Below, piece by piece: positions 39,099 through 52,492 of a stretch of DNA of 64,000 nucleotides. The stretch spans positions 27,004,912 through 27,068,911 of the forward strand of contig NC_092675.1 in the NCBI RefSeq assembly GCF_964355755.1, written 5' to 3'. The notes under the pieces were generated by a model, which had not been told where the DNA came from, searched no databases, and was given only the letters and a program-made list of their open reading frames with translations. The DNA is from Antedon mediterranea (taxonomy: Eukaryota; Animalia; Echinodermata). The stretch's first letter is position 1, and the number at the start of each line of letters is the position of its first letter. Position numbers and translations under genes: made by a program.

Positions 39099-42000
39099 TT
39101 ATTTATTACGTTGAAGCCGATCATACGTAGAATCTTCTGGTGACGTGTTTATCGATGTGTCCACGTAAGAGTACATGCCGTCATTTTGTGGTGAAGTATC
39201 TATGTCCAGCTTTCCATATTCATTGCCGGAGTCATTATTCTGAGCTTCTTCATTGACCGCACTGTAAATGTCACCATCGGGTTTTTCGTCAGTGTTTGTA
39301 TCTGTTGTCGACTGCATGTTGGTAGAATTAGCGTAATAAGCTTCTGTTGTTGTGTTTTCATATGTTTTGATCTCGTTATTATGCTTTTCCTTTCCCGAGT
39401 CCATTTCGGCAGCATTTATGCAATCGTACATCTCACCGCCAGTCTGCTGTTCGTCTGTGTTCGCATACGTTACGTCACCATTATTATCTGTTGCTTTATC
39501 CGGTGGCATGTCCGAAGCAGTTAACGAATCGTAAGCTTCGCTAGAATCTTGATCCTTCCGTTTCTTTTTATTTGGTACGGCATAGAGGGCCATTGCCACA
39601 TTGTTTAGATTTGCTGGTGAGGACGTGGTTTCTTCCATGTCATGTTGGGTATGTTCTGTGTCTTTAAAAAGAGCAGCGTTCATTGGTGTTTCTGGTGGGG
39701 ACGCTATCTCGTCTGAGAGTGTGGGGATAAGTACTCCATCACCATATGAAAAACCTGCTAAAATAAACAACAAACATAAATAAAGGATATGATTGAAAAA
39801 CTTTAAAAAGCACGGTTGCTGTTTATCTAGGTTTCTGGCGATGGCAAAGAAGGGACATATTCCAGGAAATATATCGGTAGAAAATTGTAACAATTTATCT
39901 TTAAAAAACTTAGAACATAAAATATTAATAGACATAAAATAGCATAAAATGAAAAATAAAGGATATCAGACCTAACCATACTAGAAGAGAAAGTTACACC
40001 TTTCTAACATTACTAACAAAATGTTACCCTGTGTATCAAACTTCACGCACCTTTATGTACCATCTGTCGTTTTTTCTTTTTCCGTCGAATGAGAAAGAAA
40101 GCAATGATTACAATCAAGATTATAACCACGACTAATGGCACACAAATAGCAACCACTAAATTAGTACTTGATTGTTCAGATGCATTTGGTTGAGATATTA
40201 TGTTATTCGTTGATGAATCTGTATAGCCGCCTGTCGATGTTACTGATGACGTTTCCAGTAATTCTGACACGGAGGTTATTGCTGTGGCCGGTAGTGGGCA
40301 TATTTCAGGAGATATATCTGTAGAAATTTCAAATATATTATATTTTCTCAGATGAAACTTTGAATTTAATTGCAAATGTATTAAAGATTATATATGAAGA
40401 TTATTTAAATCAGACTTTGAATAGGTTATTTTGTAGTTTTCATAAACACTTTCACTTTCGTAGAAAAAAAACGGAAAAAAATAATGTTTTCACTTGTAAA
40501 ATAACATAATAAATGGTTAAATTCAACAAATAAATAATTGGTTGGAAGCCAATTTGAGTATTTCTTGCTTTGAAGAAAGTTTTCCAGGTAAATTTTTTTC
40601 AGATCCAATTTTTGCTCAAAGTGGATAACTATTATGTTATATTAAAATGGAGTATACAAACAAAAAACGTTAAAAAATTATTTTTTCATCTTTAAGAATA
40701 GCAGTTAAATAAAATTATGATCTAATGATATTAATAATGCTAAATCAAACAAAACAGGAATTATATCACAGCTTCTATGTGATGCAATTCAATTAGGCCT
40801 ACTAGATTCCATTTGTAAAAATAATTTATAAACGAAAGATCAAAGTATTATATCAATTATAGACCAAGCTATATATACATTTCCACTGGACAACCGTCCG
40901 GTTTTAGAAGATGAAAAACACACAAATTACTTAATGGTTAATAGCCAAAAGTAGATAGAAGAGAATCGACAATCCATTATTGTTTTTTTGATTATAATAA
41001 TAATAACTTTATTTGGATTAACGCTTTTACAACGCGGCACAAACCAAATGATAGTACATCCTAAATATAAAAATTAAAACGTTATAAAACAATACAATCA
41101 AAATAAACAAGAAAAATATAATATATTGAACATTTACAGTAAATAACGTAAAAGCTATGTCTTTTTAATATAACTTTTACAGAAATATAAAAATATATCA
41201 TACAGAAGATTAAACTTCGGGTAATTATTAAAGTAGTTAGAGTTGCCAAGAATTAAATTGAAAACTAAATCACCATAAATAAAAAAAAAGAGACCAATAA
41301 TTAAACAAAACATTATGAGACCAAGGCACTTTCGAGATTAATAACTCTATTAAAACTATTAAACTAAACTGGCTCTGATAGCATTCAGACATTTACACAT
41401 AAACACGAAGTGAATTAGATCTTCGGATCCTTTATTATACATAATGGACATGTGCTATCATTGTCCTGTTGCCATTCTGCAACTTTTCTATTGAGATGTA
41501 ATGTATTTGAGAGGCTTGAATTTCAAACTTTATTATTTTATTATAAATACTGATTTTCTGCAGGCGTATTTGATTTCTATACGTCAACAATATTTCAAAT
41601 AATACTTAAAAAAAATAATAATTTAATGCATAATAGATATAGTTTCTGACTTGTTTTACTCTTTTTTTGTACTGGACATTACCATCGGCATTTAATGAAT
41701 ACATCAAAACACACATTTTACAATGTGATCTTCAATTTGATAAAAGTACTGACGGAACGGTTGTCACAATATAATAATTTACAATTAAATTTTGATTGTC
41801 TGCAATCAATTTTTATCACAGACAATCAAAATTTAATAGAAAATTCCTATATTGTTGCCATACTGTGTTATTAGTGTTATTTATTTAATAATAGAAATAA
41901 ATCCTATACCAATACCATAAACTCATAGTGCCAGGTTTGTTAATTATTTTAAGAGGATTTTTTTCATTGCCTCGAATAGACTACACGGGAGGCTTGTACA

Positions 42001-44414
42001 AATGATATGCCATTGGTTATGTATTATGTGTACTCAGTGTATTTAAATATTGTTAATACTCACCAGTAGATTCACATATAATGGTGTTTACGTCATCAGT
42101 TGCTGAACAGTCCATGTTTTCACTGTCTTTGGTATTTGAAGAGAAAGCACCATCATTCACATCGATTATTGCGCATCCCTTGTTAAGATTTCTCTTGGGT
42201 AGGCGTAGACCTATTCCTGATTCTACATGGACATTAAACTTACTACTAGACGGGGCACTAAGAACATGTAAAACTTGATCTGTTAATTGTTTGTATTCCT
42301 CGTCGCTATTTATGACAGTAATGTTCCCGCCAATCATTTCACATTCACGTTGAGCATCATCACATGATCTTTGTTTATTGTCCACTTTTATAAATTTATA
42401 GCAGTTGGGGTGGCTGTATACGGATTCGCCTGCAAAGGATAAATCAATTGTACTGATGATGACATAGTGAATGTAAGAACATAATTAGTATTCAATTTCA
42501 CGAGTATAATTTATTACTTACATGACTCGTTCTCAATCTGTCATTACTGTTTTTTTTTTTTTACCTTTTTGTCTGTTGGACGAAAATATTGAATTGAATT
42601 GAAACACTTTTTGAACATTTGTTTGATTTAGATATTCAAATAATATTTATATTTATTATGGTATCAAATAATTTGATGTCTGATCACAATCACTATTTAC
42701 TGGTCATTACTTTTGTAAACATTTGTCTATTATTAAATTATACAAATAAATATTTCACTAATAACACTGTCTCAAACATTGTTGTTTTTAAAATTAATTA
42801 GTGTTCCATGACCTTCTCATCAAAATTAATGTCTCTCATTGTTGTGCTATGTCAACATAATGTCAATGACGGCGAAATGTCCCCAATAATGGGGATAGCT
42901 ATGCAAACAAGTAATTATAATTGATATATGAAACAATATTTTGATATTAGAATAACATTAATACTAAAATTATACATTTATTATACTTTTTTAAATTATT
43001 ATTACTTAATATACTATTACTAGTAATAAAAGTATTTTGTGTTAGACGTTCCTCACGGTTTTAATAATTATTAAGATCAATGATGTAACAATATGTTAAA
43101 ATAATAATTATTATTAATTTTTTTTAAACATATATATTTATATAAAAAAAGCTACACTGTAATCCAAATACAAACAATTGTTTAACCTGTATCATACGTT
43201 GTTTCTTCTGGATCTTGGTATTTCCACTCTCCATTTTCAGGGTATATAAGGTAGCACTTATCCACACCTGAACAATTAAAACCACTATAACACAAAAGTA
43301 TAACAGATAATAATTCAAAAAAACTAAACGGATGACAGCGCCGTGAAACGAAACATGTGTTGACGAGGTCGACCTCGTTAGTGTTGACGGGATGCGCCTC
43401 AATAATATGTTCTCATTTTGCTTATCTATTCTCTATACAGCATTATGCACTAATTAAATTTTATTTTACTTTATTTAACAGAGTTACGCAACATAAAAAA
43501 CAACGATAATTAATAATTAAAAATAAAAGATTTATAATGTAGCACAATTAAAAAGTGTCAAAGAAACGTATTTCCTCCATTGAATCATGTCCCAACACTA
43601 TTTTGTAGTGTTAAAACTAGTTGTGTTTTATTTATGTGGCTTACGGTTTTTAATTTTCTACTGCTATAGTATTTCATTAAATCTTCAAATACGTATTACG
43701 AGGGTTACTTTCATACATATTAATAATACATACAGGTACAGTAGTATAGTAATTTTTTAATAGTAGTTTTTTAATTATATCGGCTACTATCTGTTATAGG
43801 CCTATTTTGATTAAATTAAAGCTGTCAAATAATGGTGATTGACTATTGACCTTAAGAGTCAGTGATTCAGTTGAATGAATTTATTTCAAATTCAGGGGCC
43901 AATTATCGTTAACTTTGGTGGGATAGTAGGTCACCAAATTACCGGGTAACTAAAAACAAACGTCTGAAAGCGGGCCCATAGAGGGCGTAAAATGTGTAAA
44001 AATATTATAATAATACGATTAGCATTTAGAATTTAATCAATCAGATTATGTAGAAGAGGAGGAGAGTATGTATTAGGTGATGCTGGAATAACACTAGAAT
44101 AACAAAATATTGTTCATCGTTTGTTTTTATACCGTCCGTGCTGTGAATACAACATACTATATATGAATACACATTATGCTTAGGCCTACTGATAGATCTA
44201 CCACTGGTGACAGTAAATTCCGCCGTTCTATTAAATTTGAAGACATCACTGTATGCGATATTAAACAATTCGATAGTTAGTGTTTTTATCATACTTATGT
44301 AAGGAACAATGAATACATTACTTACTCAGGACATTGTGCAGCCTCTGCTACTTTCCATTTTAACATGCATATTACTACTGAAACACATTTTAGCCATTGT
44401 ATAACCCTATGCAT
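39099..44414 (-). CDS. Receptor B: CTLD-like/TM/long tyrosine-rich tail paralog
   Basis: Exons 44326-44414 (MHRVIQWLKCVSVVICMLKWKVAEAAQCP), 43187-43284, 42064-42429 (CTLD-like), 40051-40317 (stalk+TM) and 39099-39754 (tail ending STYDRLQRNK). All GT-AG and in phase. Confidence 0.8.
40990..41830 (-). mobile_element. 5'-truncated LINE (L1/Tx1-type) 3' fragment in a receptor B intron
   Basis: Degenerate zf-RVT-like coding TCPLCNKGSEDLIHFVFMC and an aataaa + (TTA)n tail on the minus strand. Confidence 0.6.
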
Positions 44415-44957
44415 GGTGGTGTTGCTTTCAGGGTCGATGAATGTATGGAATAACACGGAAATTACTATTTACCACGAACTCAAACCATAGAAATAATATA
44501 TTCGTATTTGTACTTCCGGGCTTAAGATCATTTTAGCCTGGGGAATACAGTTTAATTATGAATGCCTATTTTCACAAATATATTTGTTTATATTAGTAAT
44601 TGTTTTTTAAACATGATATATTTTTACTCTCTCTCTTATACTTCTAGCAAGTTGATTCCTTAATTTTGGGGTCTATGTTATAGCCTACTTTGCTGACCCA
44701 TATTGGTTAGTTTTAATGTTATTACAGTACGGTAATTGTCTTTCGATATATCATAATCTGCATGAAAGTATGAAATATATTAAATAAGGAAATTAAAACA
44801 TTTTTTTAAAGTTGTCTTTTATGGAACATAGGCTAAATATAATAATATCATTATGTAATAATTATAATATATAATTTATTATTAGTTTAATGAGTCAACA
44901 TGAAAAGATTGCAGTAGGACAAACTTCGCTATTGCATCTAAGATTGAAAGCAATTTC

Positions 44958-45085
44958 AGCAAGGCCATATACATGGCTGCAGTCGCATGCACACATTTTA
45001 GTTATTGTTTACCGACCGACCGACCGACCAACCGATCAACCGACCGACATAGTGAGCTGTAGAGTCGCGAGCACGCGACTAAAAA
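44958..45085 (+). mobile_element. DINE-1/Helentron-associated-like short element
   Basis: (ccga)n tract and 3' hairpin agtcgcgagcacgcgact followed by aaaaa. Confidence 0.55.
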
Positions 45086-46589
45086 GTAAACGGTGTGCGC
45101 TTATTAACATAGCTTTGTATTTTACCGCTTATTTTAGCAGTTTGCCATCAGACTAAACATTGGATAGATTTAGTTACGGTACTGCGTATTTTGGAAAAAT
45201 TCTTACAAAGTATATTACTTACTTTGAATGCTTGTTCGTTATCCATTTTCACCATTAACTAATGGTCGTCAAACAAACCTATCGATTCCCTGTGAAATTC
45301 TTGAATTGTTGGTTTTTTTATTTTATTTTTTTTATTTATTTGTTGTTTTCGCATTTTTTTTGTTTTTTTTTTGTGGAGTCAGGCGTAAAGAAATGAAAAA
45401 AAAAATGGAAATATTTTTGAGGAACAACAATGAAGCACATCCTATTCAGTTTAAAAATGTATGTCATTGTCGTATAAATATAATTTGTTATTATTATATC
45501 GTATTTTTCAGTGTACTGCATTGTACTTAATAACTCAATTAAATTTAGATATAATATGATTTCTTTTCAGGATCATATTTATGTTTCAACCGCTAGAAAC
45601 CAAATTCTTCCTTCTATTAACTGTTTTACTGTTTTGTGGAGGAATCCTTCGTTTTTCTCATTTACTCATATTTTTAAGTAATGCATTTTAGTCAGCACAT
45701 GTTAGTAGATTGTGTTGAGTCGTTCAATTTTAGTCAATGCATTTTGTCAAAGAAGATTTAGTACAGTGTATTCTCAGTCGATGTAGAAAGCATTTAGTTG
45801 ATGCATTTTAATTATCATTTCAGTCAATGCATGTTTGTGGTAGTCGTTTTCATTTAATGCAGATTTAATCAATGTTGAGTATTAGTCGACCGTTAAAATC
45901 ACATCTGTCCAAAATTAAATCATCGACAGTTTCGAAAAAAAAAGAAGTAAATTCTACAGTATAATAAATAAACGCTTATATTTCATAGAAACTTGGTACG
46001 ATGTGCTTCAATATATATTTTATTTAAACTTTTCAGCTGATAAGCTTTCAAGCTTAGTAGCACCGAATAACATTATATACAAACTATTTTTAGCTAGGTC
46101 AATACTGCACTTTTTCTGTTATTAATTTTATAAATAATAAGCATTGCCTGATCATTATTCACAGACTATTATTAGCAACCTCATTACTGCACTTTTCTGG
46201 TATTAATTATTATAGTTAAATATTAAATGATTTATATTTATTAATTGACATTTATTTTAAATTTATTTTAAAAATAGCAATAGAATAAACGACCTTTTTA
46301 AGGAATTAAATTAAAAATACTTACTCTCGTTAGATCCCTAAATACACATAAATAAAATCACAAGCAAAAGAAACATCAATATCATACGTATTATGTGTAT
46401 GTTACTGTTACATTGCTCTTTGCACTTAATTACAATGAAAATTGATATAAATTAGTATAATTAAATTTTATATAAAATACTTAGGATAGGGCCTATTCAG
46501 GTAACGATTTTGTAGCTAACATGCCACTAATGCATTTTATGATGAAATTTAGGCTTAGGACATACAGATAGTTAATGTGTGCAACATCT

Positions 46590-49500
46590 TTATGAAATCA
46601 AACCATACACTTCATTTTTAACGACAGTATCATGGTACATTTCACTCTGGTCAATTGATGGAACAGCAGCACCATGCTTATATGAACCAGTCTGGAGTTT
46701 ATCTTGTTTAATAGAGTTACCGTCAACCTTAGAATCTACAAAGATAAAATTAACAAATTAAAATTGACCACCATAGTTGCTCATCTGTATAGTTTTGTAA
46801 CCAAACCAACATGTATAGCCAATCCGACCACATTTATGCGAGTAGTGTACATATCTTTATGGTCAATTGTATCTAGATTGCTCATCATATCCATATTCGG
46901 TAATGCAGCATCCATGTGTTTCACATGTATTGCCTAGTGTTTCTGGTGGTGACGCTATCTTGTCTGGGTGTGTGGGTATGAATGCTCCATTGCCATATGA
47001 AAATAAATTAAAAAACAATGATACAAATCATATGACGTTGCTGATGCTTATCTGGGATTATGTTGATTGCAATTGGCATTATTCCAGAATATATATCGGA
47101 AGAAAACATATAAATATTTTTTTTTTATTTAATCATTTGGTCAAAAACAGTTAGAAAATATATGAGAACAAGCTTACAAGCAATGTACTAAAAATGGGAA
47201 TTTGAAAAGCTATCAACCTTCATAAAAAGCAGATCAAGGATTACCATTCCAATACAGTTAGGCCAATTAAAAAATGCATACACTAATAACACGTTTATTT
47301 GTTATTTTGTAAACTGTTAAAGGTGACGTGAAGTTAACCAGCGAAAAACAACAACAATTAAACAGGTTTATTTCTTGAGCAAAATATTATGTTATTTTCC
47401 ATAACACTTGATAGTTTGTTAATTCTCCTCAGTAGCGTAGAATTTACCGTCAATAATTGTAGTCTTAGTTGCAAAGAAATTTACACTTAAAATACGGTAG
47501 AAAATTGTAATAATTAAATAAGTATTAAGCTTTTAAAAAAATTGAAACTTAGCACATAAATTATAAATAGACAAAGCATAAAATGAAAGAAAGATAAGAA
47601 AACATTATTAATACAATATCAGACCTAACCATTCAATAAGAGAAAGTTACGCCTCTTTAGTTAATATTACTAACAAATGTTACCATGTGTATCAAACTTT
47701 ACGCACCTTTTTGTATCATCTGTCGTTGTTTCTTTTTCCGTCGAATGAGAAAGAAAGCAATGATTACAATCAAGATTATAACCACGACTAACGGCACACA
47801 AATAGCAACGACTAAATTAGTACGTGATTGTTTAGATACATTTGGTTGAGATATTATGTTATTCGTTGATGAATCTGTATAGTCGCCTGTCGACGTTACT
47901 GATGACGCTTTCAACAAAGATGTCGTTGATACTGATCTGGGGGTCGTTGGTGACCCAACTGGGCATAGTCCAGGATGTATATCTGTAGAGTGGGAACAAT
48001 CCACATTATTTTATGATATCATAAACACTGCCCTTAAACAGATATGATCGTTTAAAATATCAATTTATACCGCCCCTCTGCACAGCCCATTTTGGGAACA
48101 TTGTCGAGCCAACGCATATAGACTGAGTTTAGTCTGGTGGTTTTTCTGTTTGTTTTTTGTCAATTATACTTTTATAGTGTCTGCTGTCGGTTTAATAATG
48201 ATTTAATTTGTCACAAAATGTCGGTAAATATCCATTTAGGCCATACACATTATTTTGTAGGTGGTTAAGTTGTCTACTTTCTTGAAGATTGTTTTTATAC
48301 TCACCAGTGGATTCACAGATAATGGTGTTTATCAAATTAGTTGTTGAGCAGTCCATGTTTTCACTGTTTACGTCATGCGAATTCAAAATTCCATCATACA
48401 CATCGATTATTGCGCATCCCTTCTTTAGCCTTTTCTTCAGGGTTAGTTCTGATTCCACATGGACATTAAACTTACTACCCGACCCGACACTAAGAACATC
48501 TAAAACGCTATCTGTTAATTGATCGTATTCCTCAACACTATTTATGAGAGTGATGTTTCCACCAAACCTTTCACATTCCTGTTGAGCATCAATACACGAT
48601 CTTTTCTTGCTCACTCTTATAAATTTATAGCAGTTGGGGTTATTGTATGCGGGTCCGTCATCTGCAAAAGATACATAAAGTATATATCGAATGTACAGTA
48701 TTACTAATGATTATCTTAAATACTGTGTAATATTTACTTTGTGAATATTTATTTGTGTTCACATTTAAGTCAATACACGATCTTTTTTATTACTCACTTT
48801 TATACATTTATAGTGGTTAAGGTTGTTATATACATCTCCACCTGCTCAAAAAACGTAACTGACTTAGAAGTTTCTGCATATTTGAATGACGTATATAATA
48901 TTTATTTATTTAACAACATCTTTATACATGATTACACAATCCGGTAAAATAAAACCTGTTTTGCATTGTGGTCCTGTCTTAAATAATAATAAATAATAAT
49001 AAATCAGGAAAAACACATTTTTAGTTTTGTTTAAAAAAAAATAAGATCGATATCTAGCTTTGAATGAAGCAATATTGTTGGGGAATATTTAATTTCAGTT
49101 GGTAGGTTATTTCATATTTTAGTGCCTGCAACTTTGAACTTTGAACTTGTTTTATTATTACATAACTATAATCCAAGAATAATTCAACTTAATAAGGCAT
49201 GCCTCATTTATTGAAATTGTTATATTATTTTATCCAATGAATATATCATCATTTCGCGGATATTAATTTTATGGTTTTGTTTATATTATCACTATTATTA
49301 TACTGCTATTTTGACCTAGTTGATTGTTTCTATTGTTTTTTATTTTTATCTTAACCAAGCAATGTGAAGAACATACTTGCATCCCTCGTTTCTCCATTTG
49401 GCTTCTTGTATTTCCATCTCCCATTCACAGGGTATATCAGATAGCAATTCTTACCCGAACACTCAAAACCACTAAAACAAACCAAACGTAACGTAACATT

Positions 49501-50091
49501 AAATGAGTGATACATTAGATTTAAACCTTAAACCAGCTATTGATTATTATGTGTACACATAATTATCAACGTACCAACGCATTTGTCAGAACAGTAATAC
49601 AATTATGTTCTAAACATTTTTTATATAGTTTTACTTCATTAATGCTTACATTTCCTAGTGTTTCGTTTATTTATTTGACCAGCATGAAATCAAAACAATA
49701 TACCGGGTATTAAAAAATAAATCAAAAACAAAACAACAAAGATATGAAATGCCGGGCAGGGGCAGCTTAAGCAAAATACAGTACATTGCAGTAACTTAAA
49801 TGAGTGAGCTACACCTCATATCAATTTCTAAACATTTGTCAATAAAATGTGTCTACAATTTCAAATTGCAATATAGTACTATACTGTATTTAGACCTACA
49901 TTTCTTTAAAAAAAGTTTCAGTTCTTATAAATATAAAGACTATTAGGCCTACTTCCGTGTACTTATATTTATGTTACTAATACTTACTCCGGACATGATC
50001 CAGTCCATGATATTTCCCATGTTAACATGCATATTATTATTACTGAGACACATTTCGGCCCGCATTTCGGCCATTGTATAAACCTGTGCAT
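46590..50091 (-). CDS. Receptor C: CTLD-like/TM paralog with a short, different cytoplasmic tail
   Basis: Exons 49988-50091 (MHRFIQWPKCGPKCVSVIIICMLTWEISWTGSCP), 49377-49471, 48305-48661 (CTLD-like) and 47707-47982 (stalk+TM). The predicted last exon is 46590-46735 (DSKVDG..EMYHDTVVKNEVYGLIS*), phase-1 compatible with the TM exon. The last-exon choice is inferred. Confidence 0.7.
46780..47005 (-). pseudogene. Decayed copy of the long-tail exon in gene C (also at ~62000-62210 in E)
   Basis: Reads FSYGNGAFIPTHPDKIASPPET, homologous to B FSYGDGVLIPTLSDEIASPPET. The acceptor AG is absent and the frame stops early. The E copy carries an additional ~16-nt deletion. Confidence 0.55.
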
Positions 50092-51976
50092 ATTTAGGCC
50101 TACTGCTTCCAGGCTAAGCTGTTCGTGTATGGAACGACACGGAAGTTACTGCTTAATTATACCACAAAAGTGAAATCTTAAGATTGTATTAGTATGTCCT
50201 TGTTATGATATTGAATTACACGGATACATTTATGAATGAAAGTTGTTTTACAGACATTGTTCCGTGTAAAACGCAATATTAATTCTTTCATACAGAAATT
50301 ATTTCCAGTTTTCGCGCCACAAAGAGATCCATTTATCTATTCTAAGAATGGTCAATGGATTGTCTGCCGTACTTTTAGTTAAACAAATCATGATATATAT
50401 TCTTATAATCGCCATGCATGATTTTATGCAATTTACTGAATCATGTTTTTAGTAGGAATTCAAACATTGGAAAGATTAGGTGCATACTTTTTGTGATCTG
50501 GAGGTCATGGGTTCGAGTCCCATTACGTGCGAATGTTTAAAAGTACAAATCACGTATGCCAAACATCTTTCACTAAAAGACGTACGTGTCATTATACACA
50601 CTTGTAATACATTATAATTTTATTGCTATTAATTTCCAAAAAAAAACAACCTTCAACGTGTTAAGGGAAAAGAATAATTGTATTACTCAACAAAATGTAA
50701 GGTTGAACTCCTCATAATAAACATGGTAAAAATGGAGTGATTTAGCGAGTTTTTCTAAAGAACACATTTCCCTTCATTTCTTCCGTACCAGTTTGTATTT
50801 ATAGCCTACAGTAGGTATTGCAATAAAATGCTATCAAATCTTAAAAAGTTTAATCATAATTATTCAGCTTTTAAATATATTTAGTGTATGCAAGTTAGAT
50901 AAGTGTAAATGAATTCATGGTATTAAATAATGATGCTACAAATAATCATGCTACAACATAGTCATGCTACAACATAATGGATTTTGATTTTTTTTAATGG
51001 CGCATTTCGAGTGTACACATAATAACACATTAACTTCGAATGGCATGTAATGCGGCTAAGCCAAGTAGTTTAATGTTGATTTAACATTTCCTTGTATTAT
51101 CACTAAGATCGTTGGAAGGCAAACAACATAGGGATATTCCCTACAACTATTTATAGAATGGACACTGACAGTAGTTTGTTTAAACTAATTCTCCATGACT
51201 AGGTTAGGCCTACCAGTATAATCAATATCAATCAATAATCTTTTATTTCAGCATTTAACACCATAGAAATACATATTAATATACATAAATCTTTTATAGC
51301 ATAAAAAAAAACCATATAAAGATACAGACAATTCGACATAATAATACAAAAGTAAAATTCCAAAAATTAGAAACATTATACTCTCAGTATCATCATCCAT
51401 ATAGCGAGCTAAATGATGTTTAGTCGCCACACCTACACAAAATAAACAAATAAAAACTAATATATTTGTTCACTCAGAACATTTATGAAAATGTTAACGA
51501 CGGGTTAAAGTGCAATAGTGCAAAATGTAGGCAAATGTAGGAATGTTGTATTGTGTTTCTAATAAGGGCATGGAATGGAGGGGGTGGGGGATGTAGGTGG
51601 GGTATTCAGATGGTGCATTGGTGCCGCTTCTAACAAGCAAAAAAGCTCACATCTTTTGCTGCTATAACAGTTTTAAGAAGAAGGGACGCCTGGTGTGCAA
51701 ATTAAATTATTAATATTCCGTCAAACAATATCAACCAATTATTCCTCTACTTATTTGCAATTGCATCTGTTCCATATTTTTATATTATTATTTTTTTGTA
51801 TTAAAACGTATAGCACTAATTACTTACTTAGCTGTGTGCGTTTAGAGGAACCCCAATGTTTTGCTATTGGTCTAAAAGTAAAATTTGTAAGTACGGGTTT
51901 ATGGTTGGTTCCGGGGTTTTAAATTTGCATTGGCCAGTACAAAATCAGATTAGTTGCTATTTTTAATTCTGAAAGT

Positions 51977-52075
51977 AACAAGGTCATATACATTGGCTGG
52001 CCCAGTCGCGCGCGCAAATTTGAGTTAGTGTTTACCTACCGACCGACCGACATAGTGAGCTATAGAGTCGCGTTT
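51977..52075 (+). mobile_element. DINE-1/Helentron-associated-like short element (duplicate of 38585)
   Basis: Same sequence with fewer ccga units. Confidence 0.5.
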
Positions 52076-52492
52076 GATCTTTTCTTCTCTTTTTTTTAGT
52101 GTAAGATACAATTTCCTGTCATCAAGTACAGTTTCATTTGTTCATTCTGCTTCCAGCCCCGGAAATGTCCTAAAAATAGTTCCACCATGGAGCAACATGG
52201 TTTCACCTCTCCAAGATATGCACCAACCCATACTCGTATCAGTCTATGCTACTACTAATCCTTGCTACTATATCTTTGGTTTAATTACGTTGTGTATTTA
52301 CATATCAAAATAACATTATTGTTTTCATGATTTGGATTGATCTTAATTATTATATACTGTATTTTAAAAATTAGATGAAAATGATCAATCTCATGAATAA
52401 ATTAAGCAAGTAATTTATGAAATATCTTCTTTTGAAGTAAAATATTTGAACATGTTTAAAAGAGTACAGTCAGTTACTATGTTACAAGTTTA

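Larger units (their letters stand above)
35838..47300. repeat. Segmental duplication, copy 1 (paralog of ~49982-62500)
   Basis: Near-identical collinear intergenic, intron and exon sequence. The offset is 13394 bp at the tail and TM exons (39099/52493, 40051/53445). Confidence 0.9.

Noticed and set aside
50475-50530. tRNA-like T-arm ggttcgagtccc
   Set aside because: There is no complete cloverleaf and the paralog at ~36850 is more degenerate. At most it is a SINE/tRNA remnant.
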